From NCBI RefSeq assembly GCF_055900595.2, contig NZ_CM148325.1: a stretch of DNA of 64,000 nucleotides, one strand, 5' to 3'. A program made the position numbers and the translations under genes. Below the pieces are notes generated by a model. The model was given only the letters and a program-made list of their open reading frames with translations. It made no database searches and was not told where the DNA came from. Below are positions 35,216-49,237 of this stretch, in pieces (the stretch's first letter is position 1; every line of letters starts with the position of its first letter).

Positions 35216-37478
35216 CCTGGATCTCCTTCGACAGTTCGACAAAGAAGGCGCTGTATCCGGCTACGCGCACCACCAGCCCGGCATAATCTTGTGGGCGCTG
35301 TTGCGCTTCCCGCAACGTGTCGGCGTTCACCACGTTAAACTGAATGTGTTGTAATTTAAGCTGGGTAAATGCCCGTAAGAAGTCGGCTAGTTTGCGTAAT
35401 CCCGCTTCACCTTCCAGGGTCGCCGGAGTGAATTTCACGTTCAGCAATGTACCGTTAGAAAGCAGCGTGTTATCGAGCTTGCTGACTGATTTCAGTACCG
35501 CCGTTGGTCCTTGTGCATCCTGGCCCAGCATGGGAGACAAACCACCGTCTGCCAGTTGTTCCCCGGCAAAACGGCCGTCTGGCGTCGCACCAACCACCGC
35601 TCCCAACGGGACATGAGCAGAAACGGTATACGATCCTGGCGTGAAGTAGCCACCGCGCGGGTTCTGGTATTTTTCCACTTCTTTGCAGTAATGACGCAGG
35701 AGTTCAGCGCTAATGTTATCCACCTCGTCGATATCGTTACCGTATTTCTCAAAGCGGTTAATTAAGCGAGCGCGGACTTTTTCGCCTTCTGGCGTTGCGA
35801 AGTTGGCTTTTAATACCGACAGCAATTCGTCAAAACTTAAACGCTGTTGCTCAAAAACCATCCCTTTCAACGCATGGAGAGAATCGCTCAGGTTGGCGAT
35901 ACCGATCCCCTGTACGCCGGAGAAGTTATAACGCGCGCCGCCATCGGTAATATCGCGGCCTTTTTCCAGACAATCGCTGATAAACGATGAGAGCAGCGGT
36001 ACAGGAGCCCAGTCACGATGGCCGATATCACAAATATTGCTGCCTTCAACCATCAGGGTGATGTAGTGGCTGATCTTGACGCGGATCTGTTCCAGCAAAC
36101 CTTCATAACTCAGCGCAGCATTACCTTCATTTTCATGCAGGCAGATTTCCATCACTTTCAGCAGGTTAAACATCGCGATGTCATGCAGACCGTAGGTTCT
36201 GCCGGGAATAGATAATTCCACGCACCCCACTACGGAATAGTCGCGCGCATCTTCCAGCGAAACGCCACGGTTGAGGAACGCTGGCACCACCACTTCATCG
36301 TTGAAGATTTGCGGAATACCCGTGCCGAGGCGGATGGTTTCTGCGGTTTTCATCAGGAACGGCGTGTCGATCAAGGCGTTAGTGCGCACGCCGAGGTTCG
36401 GTTGCGGCAATTGCACGCTTTGATAAGCGTCAAGGCAAAGGAACGAAAGCACGTTCACCGCGCTACGTCCGTTCTCGGTTAAACCGCCGAGCAGTGCGGT
36501 ATAGCCGGTCGGGAAACCTGCGAAATAACGCGCACTGCGGGTGGAGCGTAAAAGCACGATGTCATTGCATTTCACCCATAAAGATTCGAGCAGTTCTTTC
36601 AGGAACGCCGGATCTTCGCCCTGGGTTAATGATGCCTGATAGAATGGCAACATATACTGGTCGAAGCGCCCTAAAGACAGCGAGCTGGCGTTGGATTCGT
36701 ATTGCAGAATGATGTTCATGTACCAGAACAACTGGCACGCCTGCCAGAATGTCTGTGGCTTATGTTCGGCGTTATGGCGGGAGATCTCCGCCATAGTCAG
36801 CAGTTCTTCGCGACGCTGGGCATCAGTGCAGTTTGCCGCCATCGTTTCCGCCAGTTCGGCGTAACGCAAAATGTGTTTCTGCGAGGCTTCGAGCAATAAC
36901 AGCGCAGCCTGATAAAAGTGATTCTCCGGCTGTTGCTGGCAATGTTGCTGCATCTGCGCCACCAGCTCACCCAGCCCGTGATTCAGCAGGCGCGGGTAAT
37001 CAATAATGATGTGCCCCTGGCCTTTATCTGTCTGGTTGATACTGAAAATCTGCGTGCTGGTCGCGGCTTTTACTTCATCCGTCATCTGCCCGTTAATAAA
37101 ATCTTTCATCGAGCGTTTTTCCCAGTATGGGAACAGCTCTTCGCGGTAGATACGTTTATCTTCTTCACTAATGGCGAAGCGGTCCTGCGGTCGCGTCGGA
37201 AATTGATCCAGCTCTTTCAGCAGCCAGTAAGGGTCCATTTCCGGCGACATAATCCCGGCGCGCGGTTTTACGGTACGGTTACCAGCAATCAGTTCTTCAT
37301 CACGAATCGAAATTTCAACATGTTCAAGGATATACGCTGTTGCTTTCGCCCGGCGCAATATCACTGGTTCGCCTTCGGTTTGCCGATGGCTGGCGGTATA
37401 AAGCAGCGCCCGCTCCAGCGAGATTTCACGGGTATTAGCAAACAGTGCAGTTTTAAGGCGAGAGATACGATTCGTCAT
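35181..37478 (-). CDS. pflD: pyruvate formate-lyase-like glycyl radical enzyme
   Basis: 765-aa ORF with the C-terminal glycyl radical motif (VRVAGYSAFF); its 3' end overlaps the pflC start by 35 nt. Confidence 0.92.
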   Translation of the reverse strand: MTNRISRLKTALFANTREISLERALLYTASHRQTEGEPVILRRAKATAYILEHVEISIRDEELIAGNRTVKPRAGIMSPEMDPYWLLKELDQFPTRPQDRFAISEEDKRIYREELFPYWEKRSMKDFINGQMTDEVKAATSTQIFSINQTDKGQGHIIIDYPRLLNHGLGELVAQMQQHCQQQPENHFYQAALLLLEASQKHILRYAELAETMAANCTDAQRREELLTMAEISRHNAEHKPQTFWQACQLFWYMNIILQYESNASSLSLGRFDQYMLPFYQASLTQGEDPAFLKELLESLWVKCNDIVLLRSTRSARYFAGFPTGYTALLGGLTENGRSAVNVLSFLCLDAYQSVQLPQPNLGVRTNALIDTPFLMKTAETIRLGTGIPQIFNDEVVVPAFLNRGVSLEDARDYSVVGCVELSIPGRTYGLHDIAMFNLLKVMEICLHENEGNAALSYEGLLEQIRVKISHYITLMVEGSNICDIGHRDWAPVPLLSSFISDCLEKGRDITDGGARYNFSGVQGIGIANLSDSLHALKGMVFEQQRLSFDELLSVLKANFATPEGEKVRARLINRFEKYGNDIDEVDNISAELLRHYCKEVEKYQNPRGGYFTPGSYTVSAHVPLGAVVGATPDGRFAGEQLADGGLSPMLGQDAQGPTAVLKSVSKLDNTLLSNGTLLNVKFTPATLEGEAGLRKLADFLRAFTQLKLQHIQFNVVNADTLREAQQRPQDYAGLVVRVAGYSAFFVELSKEIQDDIIRRTAHQL

Positions 37479-37528
37479 GAGGAACTCCTGTGGGAAAGCG
37501 AACCCGCCCTTACGGGCGGGATAAGAAC

Positions 37529-37849
37529 TTAAGCGGTTTGCGCCAGGTGAGCTTCAATTTTGCTCATAATGGCATCAGCACGTTTTACCGCGTCGCTGAT
37601 GTTGACGCGCACAATGGTCTTGCCAGCAAAACGCTCTTCAAACTTGATGCCGATATCTTTGGTCAGAATCACCATATCGGCGCTCGCCACGTCTTCCGCA
37701 GTCAGTTCATTTTCCAGACCAATCGAGCCCTGGGTTTCTACTTTCACTTCCCAGCCTTTCGCTTTCGCGGCACTTTCCAGCGCCTCTGCCGCCATATAAG
37801 TATGGGCAACACCAGATGGACACGCGGTTACTGCAATAATTTTCGTCAT
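37529..37849 (-). CDS. frwB: PTS fructose-like EIIB component
   Basis: 106-aa ORF (MTKIIAVTACPSGVAHTYMAAEALE...), an EIIB-Fru domain paralogous to frwD. Confidence 0.92.
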   Translation of the reverse strand: MTKIIAVTACPSGVAHTYMAAEALESAAKAKGWEVKVETQGSIGLENELTAEDVASADMVILTKDIGIKFEERFAGKTIVRVNISDAVKRADAIMSKIEAHLAQTA

Positions 37850-37863
37850 GGCTCGTTCCTCAA

Positions 37864-38943
37864 TTAATTAATTTCAAAATCCAAATCCAGGTCGTCTTCT
37901 TTTTCATCAGTCGAAGACCCATTTTTACGCGCCAGACTTTTCAGCACGTTCACGCAGACTGCCGTCACCACTGCTCCGACAGCCACTGCGGCGATATAAC
38001 CCAGCTTGCCTTCAACCACCGGCAGCACAATCAGACCACCCCAGCCTGCATAGCACTGCGCACCGACCAGCGCCGCAGTTACTGCACCACAAACTGAACC
38101 GACCATGATGGAAGGAATGACACGCAGCGGATCGGCAGCGGCGAAAGGAATCGCCCCTTCAGTAACACCAACGCACCCCATCACCAGCGCCGCTTTGCCG
38201 GTTTCGCGCTCTTCTGCAGAGAAATTTTTACGACCAATCAGCGTCGCCAGCCCCATGCCCAACGGTGGAACACAAATCCCAACAGCGGCAATAGCCACCA
38301 CGGTATAAACACCCTGAGCAACGCAAATCAGCATGAAGGCATAGGCCACTTTGTTAACCGGACCACCCATATCGAACGCCAGCATCAGCCCCATGATCAC
38401 CGCCAGCATAACAATGCTGCCCTGCTGCATCCCCTGTAGCCACTGAGTCAGGCTGTTGGTCAACGCACCCACCGGCTCGCCCAGTCCCCACATCATGACA
38501 CCAGCGGTAATCAGTGTGCCGACGATCGGAATGATGAAGATTGGCATCACCGAGCGCAGAACTTTATGCACCGGAATTTTCTTCAGATAATGCACCACGA
38601 TGCCGCCGATAATCCCTGCGATCAGCGCACCAAAGAAGCCCGCGCCAAAGCTGTTACCAACCCAGGCACCGATGGCGCACGGAGCCAGCGCAGAACGTTC
38701 TGCAATGGAATAACCGATGTACGCTGCGAGGAAAGGCACCATCAGCGTCAACCCCGCAACGCCGATATCAAACAGTTTTTTTAGATTCGGATCGGCTACG
38801 GCATCCGGCACTGCGCCTTTGCCATACAAAATGACGGAAACCTCCAGCAAAATACCGCCCGATACCACGAAGGGAATCATATGTGAAACGCCCGTCATTA
38901 AATGCTGACGGGTATTTTTCAGGATCTGCACCAACTCATTCAT
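37864..38943 (-). CDS. frwC: PTS fructose-like EIIC permease component
   Basis: ORF 37864..38964; the internal start MNELVQILKNTRQHLMTGVSHMIPFVV gives 359 aa, the length I recall for FrwC; polytopic membrane protein. Confidence 0.9.
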   Translation of the reverse strand: MNELVQILKNTRQHLMTGVSHMIPFVVSGGILLEVSVILYGKGAVPDAVADPNLKKLFDIGVAGLTLMVPFLAAYIGYSIAERSALAPCAIGAWVGNSFGAGFFGALIAGIIGGIVVHYLKKIPVHKVLRSVMPIFIIPIVGTLITAGVMMWGLGEPVGALTNSLTQWLQGMQQGSIVMLAVIMGLMLAFDMGGPVNKVAYAFMLICVAQGVYTVVAIAAVGICVPPLGMGLATLIGRKNFSAEERETGKAALVMGCVGVTEGAIPFAAADPLRVIPSIMVGSVCGAVTAALVGAQCYAGWGGLIVLPVVEGKLGYIAAVAVGAVVTAVCVNVLKSLARKNGSSTDEKEDDLDLDFEIN

Positions 38944-39251
38944 AAGCTGCTCCCGGGCTTGCAAAAGCCCATGTCCATATTTTTGATGGAGGAAACAATA
39001 GGCAATCGCAGGCGGAGCAAACAGTGGATAAAAAGGCCATTTACTGGACTTTTGTAATATCAGTACAAAAATGCGATCCGCCTCATAACTTGCGATACCC
39101 CGGAAGCATGCCGCAGAACGGCGTCTTGTGAGACGCGTCGCAAATTGACGGTTACATTACATTTGTCCAGCTTTTGGCAGATTTGTCACATGGCAGGCCG
39201 TTGCCGTGCGCTCTTATCCTGTAAACAGAGAACCGTACCGGGAGAAAGGCA

Positions 39252-41753
39252 ATGGCCCTGATTGTGGAATTTATTTGTGAGCTACCTAACGGCGTACATG
39301 CCCGTCCGGCAAGCCACGTTGAAACGCTGTGTAATACTTTTTCATCACAAATTGAGTGGCATAACCTGCGCACTGACCGCAAGGGCAACGCCAAAAGCGC
39401 CCTTGCGCTGATTGGCACCGATACGCTGGTGGGCGATAGCTGCCAGTTACTGATTTCCGGGGCCGATGAACAGGAAGCGCATCAGCGTTTAAGCCAATGG
39501 CTGCGCGATGAATTTCCCCACTGCGACGCGCCGCTGGCGGAAATAAAATCTGACGAACTGGAGCCGCTGCCGGTATCATTAACCAACCTGAATCCGCGTA
39601 TTATCCGCGCCCGCACCGTATGCAGTGGTAGCGCAGGCGGCATTCTGACGCCAATCTCTTCTTTAGATCTCAACGCGCTGGGTAACCTCCCCGCAACCAA
39701 CGGCGTTGACGCCGAGCAATCCGCGCTGGAAAACGGCCTGACACTGGTACTGAAAAATATTGAGTTTCGTCTGCTGGATAGCGACGGTGCTACCAGCGCG
39801 ATTCTGGAAGCGCACCGATCCCTGGCTGGCGATACTTCCCTGCGCGAACATTTACTGGCAGGCGTCAGCGCCGGATTAAGCTGCGCCGAAGCAATTGTCG
39901 CCAGTGCGAATCACTTTTGCGAAGAGTTCGCCCGTTCCAGCAGCAGCTACCTGCAAGAACGCGCGCTGGATGTGCGCGATGTCTGCTTCCAGTTACTCCA
40001 GCAAATCTACGGCGAGAAACGCTTTCCGGCACCGGGCAAGCTAACGCAGCCCGCCATTTGTATGGCGGATGAACTGACCCCTAGCCAGTTCCTCGAACTG
40101 GATAAAAATCACCTCAAAGGATTGTTGCTCAAAAGCGGCGGCACCACCTCACACACGGTGATCCTTGCCCGTTCGTTCAACATTCCGACGCTGGTTGGTG
40201 TGGATATTGATGCCCTTACTCCGTGGCAGCATCAAACGATTTATATCGACGGCAACGCTGGGGCGATTGTGGTTGAGCCAGGAGAAGCCGTAGCCCGTTA
40301 TTATCAGCAAGAAGCCCGCGTACAGAACGCCCTTCGTGAGCAACAGCGTGTCTGGCTGACCCAACAAGCCCGTACCGCTGACGGTATCCGCATTGAAATT
40401 GCCGCTAACATCGCTCACTCCGTCGAAGCGCAGGCCGCATTCGGCAATGGTGCGGAAGGCGTTGGTTTGTTCCGCACTGAAATGCTCTATATGGATCGCA
40501 CCAGTGCACCGGGCGAAAGCGAGCTGTACAACATTTTTTGTCAGGCGCTGGAGTCCGCCAACGGACGCAGCATTATTGTGCGCACTATGGATATTGGCGG
40601 TGACAAACCCGTTGATTATCTGAATATTCCCGCAGAGGCAAACCCGTTCCTCGGTTATCGCGCCGTACGTATTTATGAAGAGTACGCCTCGTTGTTTACC
40701 ACGCAGCTACGATCGATCCTGCGCGCCTCCGCTCATGGCAGCCTGAAAATCATGATCCCGATGATCTCTTCAATGGAAGAGATCTTATGGGTGAAAGAAA
40801 AACTGGCAGAAGCTAAACAGCAGCTGCGTAACGAACACATTCCGTTTGATGAGAAAATCCAGCTCGGTATCATGCTTGAAGTGCCGTCAGTAATGTTCAT
40901 CATCGATCAATGCTGTGAAGAGATTGATTTCTTTAGTATTGGTAGTAATGACCTGACGCAATATCTGCTGGCAGTGGATCGCGATAACGCTAAGGTAACT
41001 CGTCACTACAACAGCCTGAATCCGGCATTCTTACGAGCGCTTGATTACGCCGTGCAGGCAGTGCATCGCCAGGGCAAATGGATTGGTCTGTGCGGTGAAC
41101 TGGGGGCGAAAGGTTCCGTGCTGCCGTTGCTGGTCGGTTTAGGGCTGGATGAGTTGAGCATGAGTGCACCGTCAATTCCGGCGGCGAAAGCGCGAATGGC
41201 GCAACTTGATAGCCGCGAATGCCGCCAGTTGCTCAACCAAGCAATGGCCTGCCGTACTTCGCTGGAAGTGGAACACCTGCTGGCGCAATTCCGCATGACG
41301 CAACAGGATGCACCGCTGGTCACCGCCGAGTGCATCACGCTGGAAAGCGACTGGCGCAGCAAAGAAGAAGTGCTCAAAGGCATGACCGATAACCTGCTGC
41401 TGGCGGGCCGCTGCCGCTATCCGCGTAAACTGGAAGCCGACTTGTGGGCACGCGAGGCCGTTTTCTCTACCGGTCTGGGCTTTAGTTTTGCCATTCCCCA
41501 CAGCAAATCAGAACACATTGAGCAATCCACCATCAGTGTAGCGCGTCTGCAAGCGCCGGTGCGCTGGGGCGATGATGAAGCACAATTCATCATTATGTTA
41601 ACCCTGAACAAACACGCTGCGGGCGATCAGCATATGCGCATTTTCTCGCGCCTCGCTCGCCGCATCATGCACGAAGAATTCCGTAACGCGCTGGTTAACG
41701 CCGCCTCTGCCGACGCTATCGCCAGCCTGCTGCAACATGAACTGGAACTGTAA
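39252..41753 (+). CDS. ptsA: multiphosphoryl transfer protein (HPr - Enzyme I - EIIA-Fru fusion)
   Basis: 833-aa ORF with an N-terminal HPr-like domain ([10 protein letters not shown]), a central PEP-utilising Enzyme I domain ([21 protein letters not shown]) and a C-terminal EIIA-like domain. Confidence 0.9.
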   Translation: MALIVEFICELPNGVHARPASHVETLCNTFSSQIEWHNLRTDRKGNAKSALALIGTDTLVGDSCQLLISGADEQEAHQRLSQWLRDEFPHCDAPLAEIKSDELEPLPVSLTNLNPRIIRARTVCSGSAGGILTPISSLDLNALGNLPATNGVDAEQSALENGLTLVLKNIEFRLLDSDGATSAILEAHRSLAGDTSLREHLLAGVSAGLSCAEAIVASANHFCEEFARSSSSYLQERALDVRDVCFQLLQQIYGEKRFPAPGKLTQPAICMADELTPSQFLELDKNHLKGLLLKSGGTTSHTVILARSFNIPTLVGVDIDALTPWQHQTIYIDGNAGAIVVEPGEAVARYYQQEARVQNALREQQRVWLTQQARTADGIRIEIAANIAHSVEAQAAFGNGAEGVGLFRTEMLYMDRTSAPGESELYNIFCQALESANGRSIIVRTMDIGGDKPVDYLNIPAEANPFLGYRAVRIYEEYASLFTTQLRSILRASAHGSLKIMIPMISSMEEILWVKEKLAEAKQQLRNEHIPFDEKIQLGIMLEVPSVMFIIDQCCEEIDFFSIGSNDLTQYLLAVDRDNAKVTRHYNSLNPAFLRALDYAVQAVHRQGKWIGLCGELGAKGSVLPLLVGLGLDELSMSAPSIPAAKARMAQLDSRECRQLLNQAMACRTSLEVEHLLAQFRMTQQDAPLVTAECITLESDWRSKEEVLKGMTDNLLLAGRCRYPRKLEADLWAREAVFSTGLGFSFAIPHSKSEHIEQSTISVARLQAPVRWGDDEAQFIIMLTLNKHAAGDQHMRIFSRLARRIMHEEFRNALVNAASADAIASLLQHELEL

Positions 41754-41764
41754 AAGGAAACATC

Positions 41765-42427
41765 ATGGAACTGTATCTGGACACCGCTAACGTCGCAGAA
41801 GTCGAACGTCTGGCACGCATATTCCCGATTGCCGGGGTGACAACTAACCCGAGCATTATCGCGGCCAGCAAGGAGTCCATCTGGGAAGTGCTGCCGCGTT
41901 TGCAAAAAGCGATTGGTGATGAGGGTATTTTGTTTGCTCAGACCATGAGTCGTGACGCACAGGGTATGGTGGAAGAAGCGAAGCGCCTGCGCGACGCCAT
42001 TCCGGGCATTGTGGTGAAAATCCCGGTAACTTCCGAAGGTCTTGCCGCCATTAAAATGCTGAAAAAAGAGGGTATTACTACACTTGGCACCGCTGTATAT
42101 AGCGCCGCACAAGGGTTATTAGCCGCGCTGGCAGGGGCAAAATATGTTGCTCCGTATGTTAACCGCGTCGACGCCCAGGGCGGTGACGGCATTCGTACGG
42201 TTCAGGAGCTGCAAGCGCTGTTGGAAATGCACGCGCCAGAAAGCATGGTGCTGGCTGCCAGCTTTAAAACACCGCGTCAGGCGCTGGATTGTTTGCTGGC
42301 AGGATGTGAGTCCATCACCCTACCCTTAGATGTAGCGCAACAAATGCTCAACACTCCTGCGGTAGAGTCGGCTATAGAGAAGTTTGAGCACGACTGGAAT
42401 GCCGCATTTGGCACTACTCATCTCTAA
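41765..42427 (+). CDS. fsaB: fructose-6-phosphate aldolase 2 (transaldolase-like)
   Basis: 220-aa ORF ([31 protein letters not shown]...) with the Schiff-base Lys region ([11 protein letters not shown]). Confidence 0.92.
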   Translation: MELYLDTANVAEVERLARIFPIAGVTTNPSIIAASKESIWEVLPRLQKAIGDEGILFAQTMSRDAQGMVEEAKRLRDAIPGIVVKIPVTSEGLAAIKMLKKEGITTLGTAVYSAAQGLLAALAGAKYVAPYVNRVDAQGGDGIRTVQELQALLEMHAPESMVLAASFKTPRQALDCLLAGCESITLPLDVAQQMLNTPAVESAIEKFEHDWNAAFGTTHL

Positions 42428-42437
42428 AGGAGCAATT

Positions 42438-43541
42438 ATGGACCGCATTATTCAATCACCGGGTAAATACATCCAGGGCGCAGATGTCATTAATCGTCTG
42501 GGCGAGTACCTGAAGCCGCTGGCAGAACGCTGGTTAGTGGTGGGTGACAAATTTGTTTTAGGTTTTGCTCAATCCACTGTCGAGAAAAGCTTTAAAGATG
42601 CTGGACTGGTAGTAGAAATTGCGCCGTTTGGCGGTGAATGTTCGCAAAATGAGATCGACCGTCTGCGTGGCATCGCGGAGACTGCGCAGTGTGGCGCAAT
42701 TCTCGGTATCGGTGGCGGAAAAACCCTCGATACTGCCAAAGCGCTGGCACATTTCATGGGTGTTCCGGTAGCGATCGCACCGACTATTGCCTCTACCGAC
42801 GCGCCGTGCAGCGCGCTGTCTGTTATCTACACCGATGATGGTGAGTTTGACCGCTATTTGCTGTTGCCAAATAACCCGAATATGGTCATTGTCGACACCA
42901 AAATCGTCGCGGGCGCACCTGCACGTCTGTTAGCGGCGGGTATCGGCGATGCGCTGGCGACCTGGTTTGAAGCGCGTGCTTGCTCTCGTAGCGGTGCGAC
43001 CACAATGGCGGGCGGTAAGTGTACTCAGGCAGCGCTGGCGCTGGCTGAACTGTGCTACAACACGCTGCTGGAAGAAGGCGAAAAAGCGATGCTTGCCGCC
43101 GAACAGCATGTAGTAACTCCAGCACTGGAACGCGTGATTGAAGCGAACACCTATTTGAGCGGCGTTGGCTTTGAAAGCGGTGGGCTGGCTGCGGCGCACG
43201 CGGTGCATAACGGCCTGACTGCAATCCCTGATGCCCATCACTATTATCATGGTGAAAAAGTGGCATTCGGTACGCTGACGCAGCTGGTTCTGGAAAATGC
43301 GCCGGTGGAAGAAATCGAAACCGTAGCTGCACTTAGCCATGCGGTAGGTTTGCCAATAACCCTCGCTCAACTGGATATTAAAGAAGATGTCCCGGCGAAA
43401 ATGCGGATTGTGGCAGAAGCGGCATGTGCAGAAGGTGAAACCATCCACAACATGCCTGGCGGCGCGACGCCAGATCAGGTTTACGCCGCACTGCTGGTAG
43501 CCGACCAGTACGGTCAGCGTTTCCTGCAAGAGTGGGAATAA
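42438..43541 (+). CDS. gldA: glycerol dehydrogenase (iron-containing alcohol dehydrogenase family)
   Basis: ORF 42384..43541; the internal start [24 protein letters not shown] gives 367 aa, the length I recall for GldA; [13 protein letters not shown]-binding motif. Confidence 0.92.
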   Translation: MDRIIQSPGKYIQGADVINRLGEYLKPLAERWLVVGDKFVLGFAQSTVEKSFKDAGLVVEIAPFGGECSQNEIDRLRGIAETAQCGAILGIGGGKTLDTAKALAHFMGVPVAIAPTIASTDAPCSALSVIYTDDGEFDRYLLLPNNPNMVIVDTKIVAGAPARLLAAGIGDALATWFEARACSRSGATTMAGGKCTQAALALAELCYNTLLEEGEKAMLAAEQHVVTPALERVIEANTYLSGVGFESGGLAAAHAVHNGLTAIPDAHHYYHGEKVAFGTLTQLVLENAPVEEIETVAALSHAVGLPITLAQLDIKEDVPAKMRIVAEAACAEGETIHNMPGGATPDQVYAALLVADQYGQRFLQEWE

Positions 43542-43549
43542 TCTATGCC

Positions 43550-43725
43550 AAACTCCCGGCTTGTCCGGGAGTTTGAACGCAAAATTGCCTGATGCGCTAC
43601 ACTTATCAGGCCTACGAAATATATGCAATGCATTGAATTTACGTGTTTTTTATGTCTGACAAGGCGTTCACGCCGCATCCGGCACTCTGTGCCATTAATC
43701 TGATACTCCCACGTTGTTCGGGAGT
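43550..43725. repeat. terminator hairpin plus a cluster of REP units (BIME-like) between gldA and yijF
   Basis: Hairpin AAACTCCCGG-CTTGT-CCGGGAGTTT after the gldA stop; REP units TGCCTGATGCGCTACACTTATCAGGCCTAC and TGACAAGGCGTTCACGCCGCATCCGGCA; further hairpin ACTCCCACGTTGTTCGGGAGT. Confidence 0.75.
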
Positions 43726-43812
43726 TTTTATCCGCTTCTGGACATTTTCTCCACAGAACAATCGTTAGCCCGGAAGGTCGAATCTGTGAATATTTTTTCA
43801 CGGACGAAACAG

Positions 43813-44430
43813 ATGAAAGCTTCACTGGCGTTGTTCAGTCTTCTGACGGTATTTACCAGTTACTCCTTAAAATCTCCCGCTGTTCCACCAACCGTGGTAC
43901 AAATCCAGGCCAACACCAATCTTGCCATCGCAGACGGTGCCAGACAGCAAATTGGCAGCACGCTATTTTACGATCCGGCGTATGTGCAGCTTACTTATCC
44001 TGGCGGTGATGTCCCGCAAGAGCGCGGCGTATGTTCCGATGTGGTGATCCGTGCCCTGCGCAGCCAGAAGGTCGATTTGCAGAAACTGGTTCACGAAGAT
44101 ATGGCGAAGAATTTTGCCGATTATCCGCAAAAGTGGAAGTTAAAACGCCCGGACAGCAACATCGATCACCGTCGGGTGCCTAATCTGGAAACCTGGTTTA
44201 CCCGCCACGATAAAACGCGCCCCACCAGCAAAAACGCCAGTGACTACCAAGCGGGCGATATTGTCTCCTGGCGATTAGATAATGGGCTGGCACATATTGG
44301 GGTGGTTTCAGATGGCTTCGCCCGCGACGGTACGCCGCTGGTGATACATAACATTGGCGCAGGCGCGCAGGAAGAAGACGTGCTGTTTAGTTGGCAGATG
44401 GTGGGGCACTATCGGTATTTTGCTAAATAA
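43813..44430 (+). CDS. yijF: DUF1287 family periplasmic protein
   Basis: ORF 43714..44430; the internal start MKASLALFSLLTVFTSYS (signal peptide) gives 205 aa, the length I recall for YijF. Confidence 0.85.
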   Translation: MKASLALFSLLTVFTSYSLKSPAVPPTVVQIQANTNLAIADGARQQIGSTLFYDPAYVQLTYPGGDVPQERGVCSDVVIRALRSQKVDLQKLVHEDMAKNFADYPQKWKLKRPDSNIDHRRVPNLETWFTRHDKTRPTSKNASDYQAGDIVSWRLDNGLAHIGVVSDGFARDGTPLVIHNIGAGAQEEDVLFSWQMVGHYRYFAK

Positions 44431-44456
44431 GCGCTCGCCCCACATGAAGAAAAAAT

Positions 44457-45362
44457 TCAGATCCTTTTTACACTGACGGCTTCTTTTTTCTTACGGCTCA
44501 CCAGCGCCAGTGCCAGCACAATCAGCACAATACCGCTACCTTCAACGGCCCCCGGATTTTCACCGAGCAGCCACCAGGAAAAGAGTACGCCACAAACGGG
44601 AACAGCCAGTGTACTTAAGCTGGCAATACTGGCGGGCAAGTTTTTCAGCACAAACAACCATAAACTCCAGGCCAGCGCCGTCGCCAGAATCGCACTGTAG
44701 GCCAGCGCCCAGAATACGGTGGGCTGCCAGTCAATTTCACGTTGCGGCACCAGTAAAGCGACCGCACTCATCACCAGCGCCGCATACAACATCTGCCAGG
44801 ATGTTAACGACAATAAATCCACGCGCGGATGACGGGCGTAAAGGCGTTTAGCGACAATGGCACTCGCCCCCCAACTGACACCAGAGAGGATCGCCAGCAT
44901 GGCGCTTTTCATCGAAGAGAAATTGAGTTGCCACGGCTGCAACACCAAAAATAAGCCGAAAGCGGCAATGAGAATCGCGAAATATTGCCCGCGTCGCAGG
45001 CGTTCACCGAGAAACAACGCGGCGAAAATCACCACCCAGAATGGCATGGTATAGCTCAGGATTGCCACCTTCCCTGCTCCGCCGCTCACCAGCGCCCACT
45101 GCGCCAGGCCAACCATCCCGCAGGTTTGTAACAGGGCAATGGCTAAGGTGTATTTAAAGGGCGTCGGGCGCATGCCGCGACCGCGTAATAAAAGGACGAT
45201 GAATAAAACGAGAGCGCCGAAAATGCAGCGTAAAGCGGTAAAGTCGAAGGCACCGATGTAGCTGGTGACTTGCTTCATGAAAATCCAGCTATAACTCCAG
45301 ATAAGTGTGAGCACAACCAGGCCACTGATTGCCAGTGGGTTGCTCTTTCCTGCGGCAGACAT
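44457..45362 (-). CDS. yijE: EamA/DMT-family transporter (reported cystine exporter)
   Basis: ORF 44457..45395; the internal start [26 protein letters not shown] gives 301 aa, the length I recall for YijE; ten predicted TM segments. Confidence 0.88.
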   Translation of the reverse strand: MSAAGKSNPLAISGLVVLTLIWSYSWIFMKQVTSYIGAFDFTALRCIFGALVLFIVLLLRGRGMRPTPFKYTLAIALLQTCGMVGLAQWALVSGGAGKVAILSYTMPFWVVIFAALFLGERLRRGQYFAILIAAFGLFLVLQPWQLNFSSMKSAMLAILSGVSWGASAIVAKRLYARHPRVDLLSLTSWQMLYAALVMSAVALLVPQREIDWQPTVFWALAYSAILATALAWSLWLFVLKNLPASIASLSTLAVPVCGVLFSWWLLGENPGAVEGSGIVLIVLALALVSRKKKEAVSVKRI

Positions 45363-45455
45363 GAGAGATCCAGTGTGTAGTTTTCCTGTGGACACTATAC
45401 GCCGGTAAAGAAACTTCAGCGACTGCCTGAAAGACAGTCGCTGAAAAAGGTCAGA

Positions 45456-47690
<2,235 letters not shown>

Positions 47691-47964
47691 TTATAATTGA
47701 ATTAATCCACGGATGCGATAGTTGAGATCTTACATATTGTTGGTTAAAGAGATGTAGATCAAATTGATCGTAATTAAGCTTTTTTGATTATGTCCGAATT
47801 CGGACAAATGCTTTATAAAAAAGGGTTTTAGCTTCCTATTCTTCAAGGAAGGAGGGCGAAAACAAAGCTGACAACCTTATTTTTCCGCCCTCATTTCGAG
47901 GCAGCATTTTGTGCTCTGTTTAAAATTTGTGATCACAGTGTGATTTTCACAAAAGCCACACTAT

Positions 47965-48858
<894 letters not shown>

Positions 48859-48902
48859 TTACCTCATCAATCGCTTGTAGTTATATGTTGTGTTGTGCAC
48901 AT

Positions 48903-48942
48903 CTATCCGTTTAGACGTCCAGATGTAAAGATGAAGGAAAAG
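48903..48942 (-). promoter_or_regulatory. MetJ operator (tandem met boxes) upstream of metF
   Basis: Reverse complement contains TTTACATCTGGACGTCTAAACGGATAGATG with repeated AGACGTCT-like 8-mers. Confidence 0.7.
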
Positions 48943-49237
48943 CTGAAGGGCGTCAACCGAAAAATGACCAATGATGGTGAGGAAAAATCAGGGAAGATGA
49001 AAAAAACTCATCTTAATTAGAGGTAATAAAGAGATTTCTTTATAGCGCAATCAACCTCACTCGTTTTGACTGATATACAGGCAACACAACGGCACCTGTT
49101 CTCATTCGAAAAACAACGCCCTGCCACCAGATGGTGATGCTAAAGCATCTGATTCGGCCTGCGCTCTCGTGTAGGCCGAATACAGAATCTGCGAAATCAA
49201 CTGGTAACAAACAGTAGAGTCAACTCAGTGCGTACTT

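Noticed and set aside
36918-37532. 204-aa plus-strand ORF antisense to pflD; similar antisense ORFs occur in katG (46818..47432), metL, btuB, the nucleotidase genes and others
   Set aside because: Shadow ORFs opposite well-supported genes, with no independent coding signal.
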